Assembly: GCA_051362555.1 (NCBI GenBank)
Contig: CM120647.1
Coordinates: 9,920,001 to 9,984,000, forward strand
Direction: 5' to 3'
Source of the DNA: Lingula anatina
Taxonomy: Eukaryota; Animalia; Brachiopoda
DNA length: 64,000 nucleotides
A program made the position numbers and the translations under genes. Positions 1 through 10,420 of this stretch are shown here, one piece after another (positions within the stretch are counted from its first letter, which is position 1; each line of letters begins with the position of its first letter). The notes beneath the pieces are model-generated. The model saw only the letters and a list, made by a program, of their open reading frames with translations, was not told where the DNA came from and ran no database searches.

Positions 1-639
1 GTTCGAGCTCTTGGTCACCTGTAGTTTTAATGCATATTTTTAAGTGTTTTTCACTCCTTCTAAAACGATGGTGATGACAATTTGCTGTTACATAATTTTA
101 TATAGATTCCACTGCTTTTTATCCCACAGTCATACCACACTGTATTTTTCGTGACACCAGTAGCAATTATGTCATCCTTCTGAAATTTCTCCTGCAAAAC
201 ATTTGGTTTTGGAATGACATTTGTTAGGTATCCCTGATGAACAAATAATGCAGATTTCAATGGAAAGGTGAAAAAATATTCATGTACGGTATGGCATAAT
301 TATCACTTGAATGTTTTCTTTACACTTCCCCGAACTGTTGACCAGAATTTATCTTCAAAACAGGAAGTGATGTCACAAGCTAGATGATGTTATGGATTAT
401 AGAAAACCTTGTTTAAACTTAAACGCCTTGTTTTCTCGTTTTCAACTTTTGAAATGATTTTTTTCAAGAAAAAAGCTCCCTCTCATGATCTGTGTTCTTA
501 TCCAATAGTTGTTGATATTGGAAAAAGAAATTTCTAAAAAAAATATATATATATATTTTGCAGATATTTTCCACATTAAAAGGATACAGTGGCAATTACC
601 TTAGTTTCTGATTTGATCATCTCAAAAATTAAAAATTTG

Positions 640-910
640 ATTTCTATTCGGGTACACTTGTTCCAACTTACATCATCTCCTTCATCTCATATATGAAAAT
701 CCGATTTCCTGTCAGGCACTTATCCTTGCTTGCAGTGTCTTCTTGTTTGTCTCAAACACGAAAATCTGATTTCTCTACAGGTGCATGTGTACTTGTTCCA
801 ACTTGCACCATCTCATTTGTTGCATACATGAAAATCCGATTTCCCTACAGGTACTTGGACTTAATTGCACTCTGTCCAAGTTAGTCTCATGAAGGAAAAT
901 CTGATCTCTA
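640..910 (+). repeat. Degenerate tandem repeat (atgaaaatccgatttcc / cttgttccaactt)
   Basis: MKIRFP appears twice in ORF 693..884; ~135-nt period. Confidence 0.65.
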
Positions 911-2456
911 CATTCCTACTTGGCATTATCTGCTGCTGGCTCTCACATAATGTAAATCTGAGTTTTAAACCTGTTAAAAAACCCTTGGAATAACCTAGCT
1001 AGTAGTGTTACTAGTGTAATTACTTTCCACTTGTTCAGACCCTGATTGGATCTGTTATTTAGACCTTAAAAAAAATAAAATTCAAAGTCCTGTAATTGAA
1101 AGTTGCCCCATGAGTCATAGACAGGTACGTGTATATGCAGCACCCAAGGCAGCTCCGTGTAGTACCTTAATTTCATATGATGGCGTTGATAAGCTTTTAT
1201 TAGCAATCCAAAACCGAATCCCAAAAACATTAATAAATCGGGTTCTCGTGAGAGGATTGGCCTCCTGCAACGTGATATAGCTTATCAAGAATTTCTAGTG
1301 AACCAGAAAAGAGACAGTCTCACAATAGAAGTGAAAACTAAACGTTGGTCTATATTATAAGACATAGTTTTTTTTAGTCGTCTATTGCTTAAAATAAAAC
1401 AGGAGTGGCCCCTAATTTAGGGTAATGAACAAGGTTTTATTTTCAAAGGGATATTTAAGGTACAGAATAAACTTATTATGGTTGACAACTGCAGCACCTT
1501 TATCCTGTCAGCCCCTGCTTTTTAAAGCCAGTAGAGTGAGAGAAAGGTGATGTGAGGTTCGTGGTTGTAGTTTACTCGAATAAAGTATGTTTAAATTGGT
1601 ATGCCAGGTCTTTAATAAGGTCTTAATACAAATTGATTGGCTACAAATTATATTCAGAATCAGTAAGACTATCCAGGCCAATTATATTTATCTGTTGCAG
1701 CTTAGCATGAAACCTTCTTCAATGGATCTTGTCATATATGATTGTTAATGATTGTCCTTTCAAACCAACACTTGTTTTTATGGACAGACACTGTGTCCGA
1801 TTTGATTTCATAATTTCGTTATTGAATCACTGGATTTGGATTAAAATCAGCAGGCTTAATTAGGAGGGAAAAAGGTGTATACATGAACTGTGTATCAAAA
1901 ACGTGCTATTATATAAATTATTACACGTGTCAAACAGTTGTCCTACATTTATAATTATAGCACCTTTTTTTATGCACAGTTCGCATAAACACCTGTTTTT
2001 ATTATTTGCTAAAATTTCTAGCCTGCTAACAGGTGCTGTGACTGTGATTTCTGTGACATTTCACTCACATTTGAAGATAAATGGAATGCAAATCTGGAGT
2101 TCAATTTAGGCTGGTGATTTTAAGTTGAATTTAAGATGTGGTCATTAACTTACTGGTAAGGTTGAATTTGATATGGGATTTGATATAGAAATGCTGAGCA
2201 ATGTTATGCTACATTATATCAAACATCTGTATTTAGTGGAGATAGGGAGGAAGATATGAAAAAAAAAAAACGTGTCAGACAATTTGATAACAAAGTACAA
2301 ACACATGCACATACACACACATTTCCATTTACAATGTATACTATTTACAGAAGAGACATATACATACATACAAAGATAGTCAGACCAACAGCTTCAGCCA
2401 GCCAGAATAAAAGACAAAAGATCAAGGAGGCAGACACAGACAACAAAACATACAAA

Positions 2457-2491
<35 letters not shown>

Positions 2492-2833
2492 CTGATAGGC
2501 AGACATACATGTAAGGCCAGAGAGAGGAAGAATCTTACTTCATGCACATATTTTGGCAAGGGAAACAATACATTGAACAACTGCTGAAATCATTTAAAAT
2601 CCTAAAACTCAACGATGAAGTAAACACACTAATTCTTGAGGCAGCCAAGTCTGTTACGTTTCCTTATCAGTGTGGAAAATATTAGCACTCATTTGTGTCA
2701 ACTTGATAAGCCCAGGGTGTTTTTATTGATTGTTATATTTTCTAATGAAAGAGTGGTTGCTGGAATTGCTCTTATTCATGGGACTTAGGTAAACATTTCA
2801 TTTTAACTAGCTTTTGAAGAATATGGGAAGGGA

Positions 2834-2839
<6 letters not shown>

Positions 2840-2890
<51 letters not shown>

Positions 2891-2928
2891 CGTGCGTGCG
2901 TGTGTGTGGGTGTGTTTTTGTGTGTGTG
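2840..2928. repeat. (GT)n microsatellite; others at ~27720-27773 and ~40715-40765
   Basis: Direct reading. Confidence 0.95.
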
Positions 2929-4860
2929 GATATGTAAGATTTGTTTTGATTTTAATCATTGCAGTACTAGGATTGTTTTGTAACTTCTATATTCCGCCAA
3001 TAGATATCACTGTAGCTTCTGCTCGTTAAATACTGTTAACAATAAATTGTTTCAATATTTATATAAAATGATAAATTTAGACAGCTCTTGTTACTAATTT
3101 CTCTGTCCACCAATAGGTGGCACCATATGACTTCTTTCAAAGAGTTTACAGTTGAGAAGAGCATCAAGTTTCTTGACTGGCCATTTTTTACCATTTAATG
3201 AAAAAATGCTCATTCTGTAACTATAAGTTTTTATCTGAGATTAATTTCACTCCAGTTCTTCTGACATATTTGTAGATTGCAGAATATACTCAATTAATAA
3301 ACCTTCTTCACTTACAAAAAAAAAAAAAAAAAAAAAAAACTTATCTGGTATCAAGTACAGTTGAAATCTCTCATCTGTCGAAACAAAATTGAAATTTTAA
3401 ACTTGAATTTCTTAGGGAAGTTTATATAATGGGTATTATAATGGATAGGTTTTATGATGTCTTAAAACGACTTGACTTCGTGCCTTGAAATCTTAACCAG
3501 ACAGGTAAGATAGATGGAAACGAGATTTTTTATAAAGTTCTTTTGAGGGAGGGATCAAGTTTTACGACTAAGCTGCCTAAGTCTATAAGGATAATAGATG
3601 TGGAGATATCCATTTCTGGCGGGATTGAGAGGATGCTTTTCATGCAATTCAGCTTAAAGGGGCGTGAAAATACTGTGACATTGAAACATTATGTGTCCTC
3701 AATATTACAATACACAAGAAAGGAGAGAACATTTAAAAGTTGCTCACTCTGTTGTGGTTATATCGTTATATCGTGGACAGTGACTCCCTAGTTGGGGAGG
3801 GGTGGAAAAACTGCACTTTTGGGAGGAAAAGGACCAGTCTACTTCAAAAATATTTTTAGGTTTTTATGCTGCTTCTCAAGATGGAACGACCTAGGAAGTA
3901 AAAAGGTCCACTTTTTCAGAAAAAAAGCCCAATTTGAAGTTATTGGCTGCAGTCCTACATATGGCCTTCATGAATACAGCCAGGTCTTCTTTTAAGAAAA
4001 TTGAATTCAGAGAATATTAATTTAACCTCTAAACTTAGTCCAAAAGAGTTTTGAAGATAGCCTGCTTTACAATAAATTGCCGCATTCACCCTTGCATGTA
4101 ATGCATCCATTTCTTAAGTTTAAGTTCTTTTAAGACAAAGTATTTGATATTTAACAGAACCTTGTGTTATCAGTATGGCATGGTTGGAACACAGCAGTGT
4201 CCTATTCCAGTGAACAGCTCTTGTTTTAAGAAGGCCATTTGGAATAAGTCCAGACTTACCTCAAACATTGGGACCCCTTGCTTATAGAACAAAAAATGCC
4301 TTATTATAAGATGTCACAGTCATGACAGCTAAAACATGACACAAGAATGATGTACTGACTGAACAGTAAACAAGACTTAGGAATACTACATTGAACTTAA
4401 TTTTAAACCTCAGCACTATAGTTCAGCACTGCTTTTGTGAATATTTTGAAATGTTTAAAATTCCATTAATAGAAAGAAATTTGATAAAAAAAGCAATTCA
4501 TTTTCTTCAAGGCACAAAACCTTTTTAGTTCACTATTATAAGGCATTGTATCTATAGTCTGTGATTTTAGCAATATTAGCTTTTGTCTTCAAATCCTGAC
4601 TAAATAAAAATAAATTAATATCTGTATTACCATTCTTATTATTGTGTGGGTGTTTCTATAAATGTTTAGGACACCAAAAAGGTTAACAGCCCAATTTATA
4701 TGCTACTGTGCAAAGAGGGACATAAATTACCTTAATAGCCTTGGATGTAAATTGGACATTTAAAATGGGTGGAATCGGAGCCAGTGAGTCAACTTTGTGG
4801 ATTGCTGCAAGCTGGATAATATTGCGTAGATGTTGGGCTACATTCACATCTGATCTAATT

Positions 4861-4978
4861 CATTGCAATCGAGCGCAAGAGGCTCGATTCCATCATAACT
4901 CCCATATGGGGCAAGTTACGGAATAGTGACGCTTGCACTCGGTCGCAATGCGCGATGCTTTCAAGTTACGGGGCCCAG
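4861..4978. repeat. CpG-rich hairpin remnant, probably a truncated MITE
   Basis: cattgcaatcgagcgcaag ... cttgcactcggtcgcaatg arms; ends ttacggggcccag. Confidence 0.45.
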
Positions 4979-5887
4979 GTTCACAATTGTACAGCTGGAT
5001 GGATTTCAAGCTAGCTGTCTAAATTAAACAGTTGTGAGATTGTTTCGACTATCGAAGATTTCAAACTTTGGAAGCCAAAAATATCATTTTTTGTGATCAA
5101 TGCTAAGGGTTCCATGGACCTCATGCCATATTTCCAACTTTTTTCTCTGAATGACAGTCTCATCCCAGATTCAATGTAGAATAAGGACTAATAAATTATT
5201 TGGATGACTTAGAATAGCTTGCATCCTCGTATGATTTTATTTGAGCAGAGTTTCAATAAGAATATGACAGTAATATAGGGGCTTCAGTGAGGATGTTTCA
5301 GTTCAGAAGATGTTTTATTTTATGTTTATTTATAATAATGAGAGAAAATTATATAACGTTGAGCTTATGTTACCATATTCATAATAAAAATGTACATTTG
5401 AGACTGTATTATGGCAGTATCTAGATCTTAAAATTATATTTGAGGTGAAAAGCAGAATAATAGATGACCTCCGTAACAGCAGTCAGCAGATCTTTTTTAC
5501 AAACTTTTTTCATGAAGTGTTGTCATGAACATTTTTCATGACAGGTATGCAATACAAGATGTAACTCGCTAGGTTACATTTCTAACAACATTAAATTTGT
5601 TCTGTGCCATACTACATGAAGCTAATTCTATCCACAGTTCATCAGATTAAGTCAGATTTGGCATCTTTGCATTTTCTCCAAATCATATTGATTAAACTTC
5701 ACAGAAAAACTCAGTAAAGCTGAATCTGAGAACTACTTTTAATAAATTTAATATTATCAAGAGATTCTACTCTCAGTCACAATAATTTGCCTGACATGAT
5801 TGAAACGAGCACTTGTAATAAAGAAGCTGTTAATGATAATAAAATAATTTCAATTAAAATTTTACGCAGTGCACACATGCACTGTCA

Positions 5888-8800
5888 TCATAATTCCGAG
5901 GTCATCACTCCTTTAGAGTCTACTCGGTGATTCCAGGTCAGTTTCTCCACCTCCCCCTCATCCTCGATATCTGTATTATATTTCTTAGCGCGAGCACGTG
6001 CGAGCTCCATAAAAACCATTTCCTCAAAAAACGTGCTGGTGTCGTTGTCTATTTGACGTGACTTTTCCCTCTCCTCACGTCGCCTGTCGCGAATCTTACA
6101 CATTATGCAAATAGCTGGACCTAGAATGAGCCAGAAACCGATAATAGATCCTGTAGCAATGCCCGTGATTTGACTAGGTGACAGTCCCGCAGACGCCACT
6201 TCAACTGCAGTTTCATTGGTCCGGTTGTTAACAGTTGTTGGTGTGGTGTCCACGGTGACTGGAGGTTGCCATGGAGATGTGCCCTTGGTTACCATGGCTT
6301 TGGTGGAACTGGTAGTTCTGTAAGTTGTACTGGTGGTTGTCAACCTTGTTGCTGCTGTCGTTGTTGTTGTAATGGCAACAGCAGGTCTGGTTGTTATTAT
6401 GGCACTGTTATTGTTCGTTGTACTCATTACAGTAGTTGTAACAATGGATGATGTTGTTGATGATTTAACAATTGGCACTGTAGAAGGTGTTGTTGATGAT
6501 ACTGTAGTTGTTGGTGATGTAACTGTCGTAGGTACTGTACTGTTTGTTACAGGTGTTTTTGATGTTGTTATAGTACTGCTTGTTTGAGATTCAGTTACTG
6601 AAAAGTCTGTCACTGCAGACGTGATCCCAGAAGTTGACATTGTCTTTGGCACTGTGGGAGATGTCACTGCTACGTCAGGGCCCAGAGAGTCATTTGATGC
6701 TCTGGTGACATTATCACTTACTTCAACTGTAGATGGCGTGCTGGCAGTAAATGACATTGTAGTCATATCGGTAACTAAACTGGATGTCTCCTCAGTAGTA
6801 CTGTTTATTGAAACAGTTTCATTTGTAACATGTAATATTGTTGCTGTTGATGTCATCATTGGTTCCGCAGTTACATTGTCAGTTATAACACCACTAGTTG
6901 TATTTACAATATCTGTTGATCCAACAGATGATGAGACGTTGTTTGCACCAGTCACACTGGGACTTGGCACCATTGTACTGCTACTGTCACTGCTAGTACT
7001 CATATACAGTGGAGACACTGTAGTAACATTGTCTGTAGCAGTAACATTAACAGTAATAGTTTCTGTATCGTCATAATTCTGGGTTGTATTTATCCCAATG
7101 GATGCTGTTTGTGTTGCAATACCAGGTGCCGGTGTCGTGGTGACCACCTCTGAAGTGCCCTCTGTGGTGGAATTAACAGAAATATCACCAGAGGTCATCT
7201 CCTGGGTCGTCATGGTATCACCAGAGCCACCTATAGTAGAGATGGCCGTCTCTGTTGTCGTGGTTACATAGGTTTCAGTTGAAACAGGGATGGCCTCAGT
7301 TGTTACTGTTATAAGAGTATCAGTGACAGTGGTATTGTCATTGTTAGCTGAGGGCAAAGTGGTAATGTCCATAGCTGCTGTGGTATTAACGAGGTCTGAA
7401 GAAAACTCTGTTACTATAGGGACCGCTATTGTGGTAACACTACCCCCATCAGTGATTGGGCTTGTTGTTGTTGTTGATGGCGACTCAATGGCTGCTGCTG
7501 TTGTAGTATCCACATCAAGTCCTTCTGTTGTGAAGGAATTTTGGTCAGCTGTTGAAGTGCTAGGAATCACGGTACTGGTAGTTGGAACTTGTTGAGTAGT
7601 TTCGACCTCTTCATTAGAACCTTGTGAGGTTGACATTGTAATTGTAGTAATATTACCCTCGTTATCAGGATTCATGGATTCTGTGGTTATGGGGTCAGCA
7701 ACACTTTTAGTTGTAGTAGAGGTGGTTGCACTAGTGCTCTCTTTTACGCCATCTCCCATGGTTGTCATGGCAACTCCTGTTGGAGAGGTGGCTGATGCAG
7801 TTGTTGTGATCTTTTTGACAGTATTTTCAACTGCCTGATTTTCTGTGGTGCCTGACTCCCCTTGGGGCAAGTACTTTGTGGGGATATCGGAGTTTGTAGT
7901 GGTGGTGAGACTTGAAACAGTTGTAGAATATTGAGAGCTACCAGTACTCTGTGTATCTGTAACTGAATTTGGGTCAGAGGTCATAGCTGGGTCAGGGGTC
8001 ATGACCTGGTCAGAGGTCACAGAAGGCTCAGTTACAGTTGAGGCAGGGGTCAAAATTGGTCCTGGTGTTGTGGGTGCCTCCAGTGAAGTAGGTCCCAGTG
8101 TAGTTCTGACAACTGTCTGTTTATCAATGGCAGAATTTTCAATGCTGTCACCCTGCATTTCTTTCATTGTTTTCATTGGCATTGTCGTCACTGTGCTTGT
8201 TGTTGTTGTTGTTAATGTTGTACTCTGTACTGTTACTGTTGATGATTTTACTGTTTGTGAGTCTGGCAATGTTGTGGCATTAGTGACCTTGTCCATTGTT
8301 AGGGGCAGGGCCCTAGGTGGAGGGGGTGGGGATAGGAGAGACCCGTGGGTGCTGGTCACATTCTCTGGGGTATCATACCCAGGTGGAAAGGGCGTGTCCC
8401 TGGGGTCTCTACCCTGGGGCACATCTTCAACCTCTTCTTCCTCACTCATTGACTTTAGATCAGCAGCAGGAGAATCGTCCATTGTTGTTACACCCCCTGC
8501 TGTAGATGGCGTGTTTTCTTTTTCTTTTGTCCCCGGCCGACCTGAACTTGCACTGAGTACATAGCCCGGGATTGTTATGGTCGGGTCAATATTATTGGAG
8601 GTTTTCATGTCATTCTCTGCTGTCCCACTGAGACTGTTTAATGTGGAGGATTGCAGAGATGTTGGTGGCTGTGTGGTTTTAGGATCGGGATCAATATCTT
8701 TCCCATCTCTTTTCTTAAGTCTGACGAGTCCCAGATCCAGGTTGGAAAAAATGCCCCTTTTAGTTCTGTGTGTTTTGTGAAGATTGGAAGAATGAGAGGA

Positions 8801-10420
8801 AAGTTTTGTTCCACGATCAGGTGCAGGTGTTTCCAATTGAGATCTTTGCTGTTCTTGCTGATTAGAGACTCTGCTGAACCTAGACATGTGCCTGCTATTG
8901 ATACTGATGAGCTCGTTAAGCTTTGCCCAATTATGCCAGCTGCAGGGTTGAGAGAGCATCTCCAGTATATTGCCCTTCCGTCTGTCGGGGTCAGAGGTCA
9001 TGCGGTGCGGAACAAGAGGCCTGGCAATCAAAGATGGCCGTAATTGAAAGTTTCTCTTTAGTGGAGACGGGTTGCTGCGAGTATTTGAGACAGAGTCTGT
9101 ATTTTTCTCAGCATGGTTTTCTGATAGAGTAACTGGGCCTCTGAAGAGGCCATTGTGCTCTCTCTGTGAAACTAAAGCTGTGGGAGTGTCGGAATTCTCA
9201 TTGGCAGATGTCACCCTGTGCTTCACACTGTTCATATCTTTCATATCAGACAGATCATCAATAATAACACCTTGAATATCTGCCCTTGTATCTTCATGGA
9301 CACTGTTTTTATGCCCATTATAAGTCAGCATTTTATCATAAGAAACAGTCCCCCTCGGGCCATTTGAATATGCACCCTGTGGGTCATGGTAAACAGAAGT
9401 CTTGAATTGTTTTTGTGTTAGAGCACCTGCTGTAGCACCTGTTCTGAATAAACTTTGATCCTCAGGGTGAATTGGTGACCCTAATTGTCTGTCATAATCC
9501 ACATGACTTGTAGTAGCACCTGTTAAGATTTTGCTGTGAAACTCAGGGTGTTGAAGCTGACCAGACACTAGCCCCTTGTTAGTATCCCTGTGAACTGCGG
9601 GGTGCTGGCCTTTAACAAGATTTAATTTGCTACCTGGTGTTTGACCCCTGTGGTCTGTGGAATCCATTGTCATATGCCATATGTCCCAGTTCAGAGCAGA
9701 TGACAGAAACCTGGGGCGTGTCTGACCATGTCCTTGACCTCTCCCTCTGAATGACCTTTTGAGAAAGTAGTTGGTTTTTGAGTCTGTTTGATCTTCTGGC
9801 AGATTGGATAAGTGATTTGAGAAATATTTTGAGATCTGGATTAGGTGAAGACTCCTTGGATTTGACATGATAGACATCCTTCTTGTGGGATTTCTTATGG
9901 GCATTTTGTGAAACTGAGTGTCTATTTTAAAATTGTTTAGCACCATCATGGGATTTGAGCTTTCTTTTTCTCCTTTCAATTCGCCCTTCCTTCCACTGAA
10001 CCTTTGGTAAAATAAATCCATAATTTTTGACAGATTCTCTGCTCTCATCTGGACATTGTCCAAACTGGTCACTTTTTCCACTGTGCTGAACTTTGTTTGA
10101 CCACTGCCCACAGTGGCCAAAGGGACCCCAGTCGTTAAGGTCAAGCAGCACAACATGGTCAATATCCACCAGGGCCATGTGTGTGGCCAGCTTGTTAAAG
10201 TCCACTGTTTTTTTACTGACCAGGGATGGCCAGAGAATGAAGGGTGTTTCAATATCCCACTTTTTAAAGACCGGCCATTTTTTACTGACCAGTATGGAGT
10301 CAGAGGAAACCTGTTGTTTAACCTTCGATGTCTCTTTGAACTGCCTCTGACAGAGTGATGTGGACGGGAGAGGCAGTCTCCCGTCCATCCTGTTGGGTTT
10401 TTGTAGTGGACACTGGCCAT
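5888..10420 (-). CDS. Uncharacterised type I membrane mucin-like glycoprotein, ~1510 aa, single coding exon, antisense within a presumed KIF13 intron
   Basis: 4.5-kb uninterrupted ORF (first ATG 10420; the track's 10474 start is GTG). Hydrophobic WPWWILTMLCCLTLTTG, RTKR site, long Thr/Ser-rich stalk with many NxT/S sequons, TM at 6098-6169 followed by KIRDRRR, tail ending TSEL. Confidence 0.9.
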   Translation of the reverse strand: MASVHYKNPTGWTGDCLSRPHHSVRGSSKRHRRLNNRFPLTPYWSVKNGRSLKSGILKHPSFSGHPWSVKKQWTLTSWPHTWPWWILTMLCCLTLTTGVPLATVGSGQTKFSTVEKVTSLDNVQMRAENLSKIMDLFYQRFSGRKGELKGEKESSNPMMVLNNFKIDTQFHKMPIRNPTRRMSIMSNPRSLHLIQISKYFSNHLSNLPEDQTDSKTNYFLKRSFRGRGQGHGQTRPRFLSSALNWDIWHMTMDSTDHRGQTPGSKLNLVKGQHPAVHRDTNKGLVSGQLQHPEFHSKILTGATTSHVDYDRQLGSPIHPEDQSLFRTGATAGALTQKQFKTSVYHDPQGAYSNGPRGTVSYDKMLTYNGHKNSVHEDTRADIQGVIIDDLSDMKDMNSVKHRVTSANENSDTPTALVSQREHNGLFRGPVTLSENHAEKNTDSVSNTRSNPSPLKRNFQLRPSLIARPLVPHRMTSDPDRRKGNILEMLSQPCSWHNWAKLNELISINSRHMSRFSRVSNQQEQQRSQLETPAPDRGTKLSSHSSNLHKTHRTKRGIFSNLDLGLVRLKKRDGKDIDPDPKTTQPPTSLQSSTLNSLSGTAENDMKTSNNIDPTITIPGYVLSASSGRPGTKEKENTPSTAGGVTTMDDSPAADLKSMSEEEEVEDVPQGRDPRDTPFPPGYDTPENVTSTHGSLLSPPPPPRALPLTMDKVTNATTLPDSQTVKSSTVTVQSTTLTTTTTSTVTTMPMKTMKEMQGDSIENSAIDKQTVVRTTLGPTSLEAPTTPGPILTPASTVTEPSVTSDQVMTPDPAMTSDPNSVTDTQSTGSSQYSTTVSSLTTTTNSDIPTKYLPQGESGTTENQAVENTVKKITTTASATSPTGVAMTTMGDGVKESTSATTSTTTKSVADPITTESMNPDNEGNITTITMSTSQGSNEEVETTQQVPTTSTVIPSTSTADQNSFTTEGLDVDTTTAAAIESPSTTTTSPITDGGSVTTIAVPIVTEFSSDLVNTTAAMDITTLPSANNDNTTVTDTLITVTTEAIPVSTETYVTTTTETAISTIGGSGDTMTTQEMTSGDISVNSTTEGTSEVVTTTPAPGIATQTASIGINTTQNYDDTETITVNVTATDNVTTVSPLYMSTSSDSSSTMVPSPSVTGANNVSSSVGSTDIVNTTSGVITDNVTAEPMMTSTATILHVTNETVSINSTTEETSSLVTDMTTMSFTASTPSTVEVSDNVTRASNDSLGPDVAVTSPTVPKTMSTSGITSAVTDFSVTESQTSSTITTSKTPVTNSTVPTTVTSPTTTVSSTTPSTVPIVKSSTTSSIVTTTVMSTTNNNSAIITTRPAVAITTTTTAATRLTTTSTTYRTTSSTKAMVTKGTSPWQPPVTVDTTPTTVNNRTNETAVEVASAGLSPSQITGIATGSIIGFWLILGPAICIMCKIRDRRREEREKSRQIDNDTSTFFEEMVFMELARARAKKYNTDIEDEGEVEKLTWNHRVDSKGVMTSEL

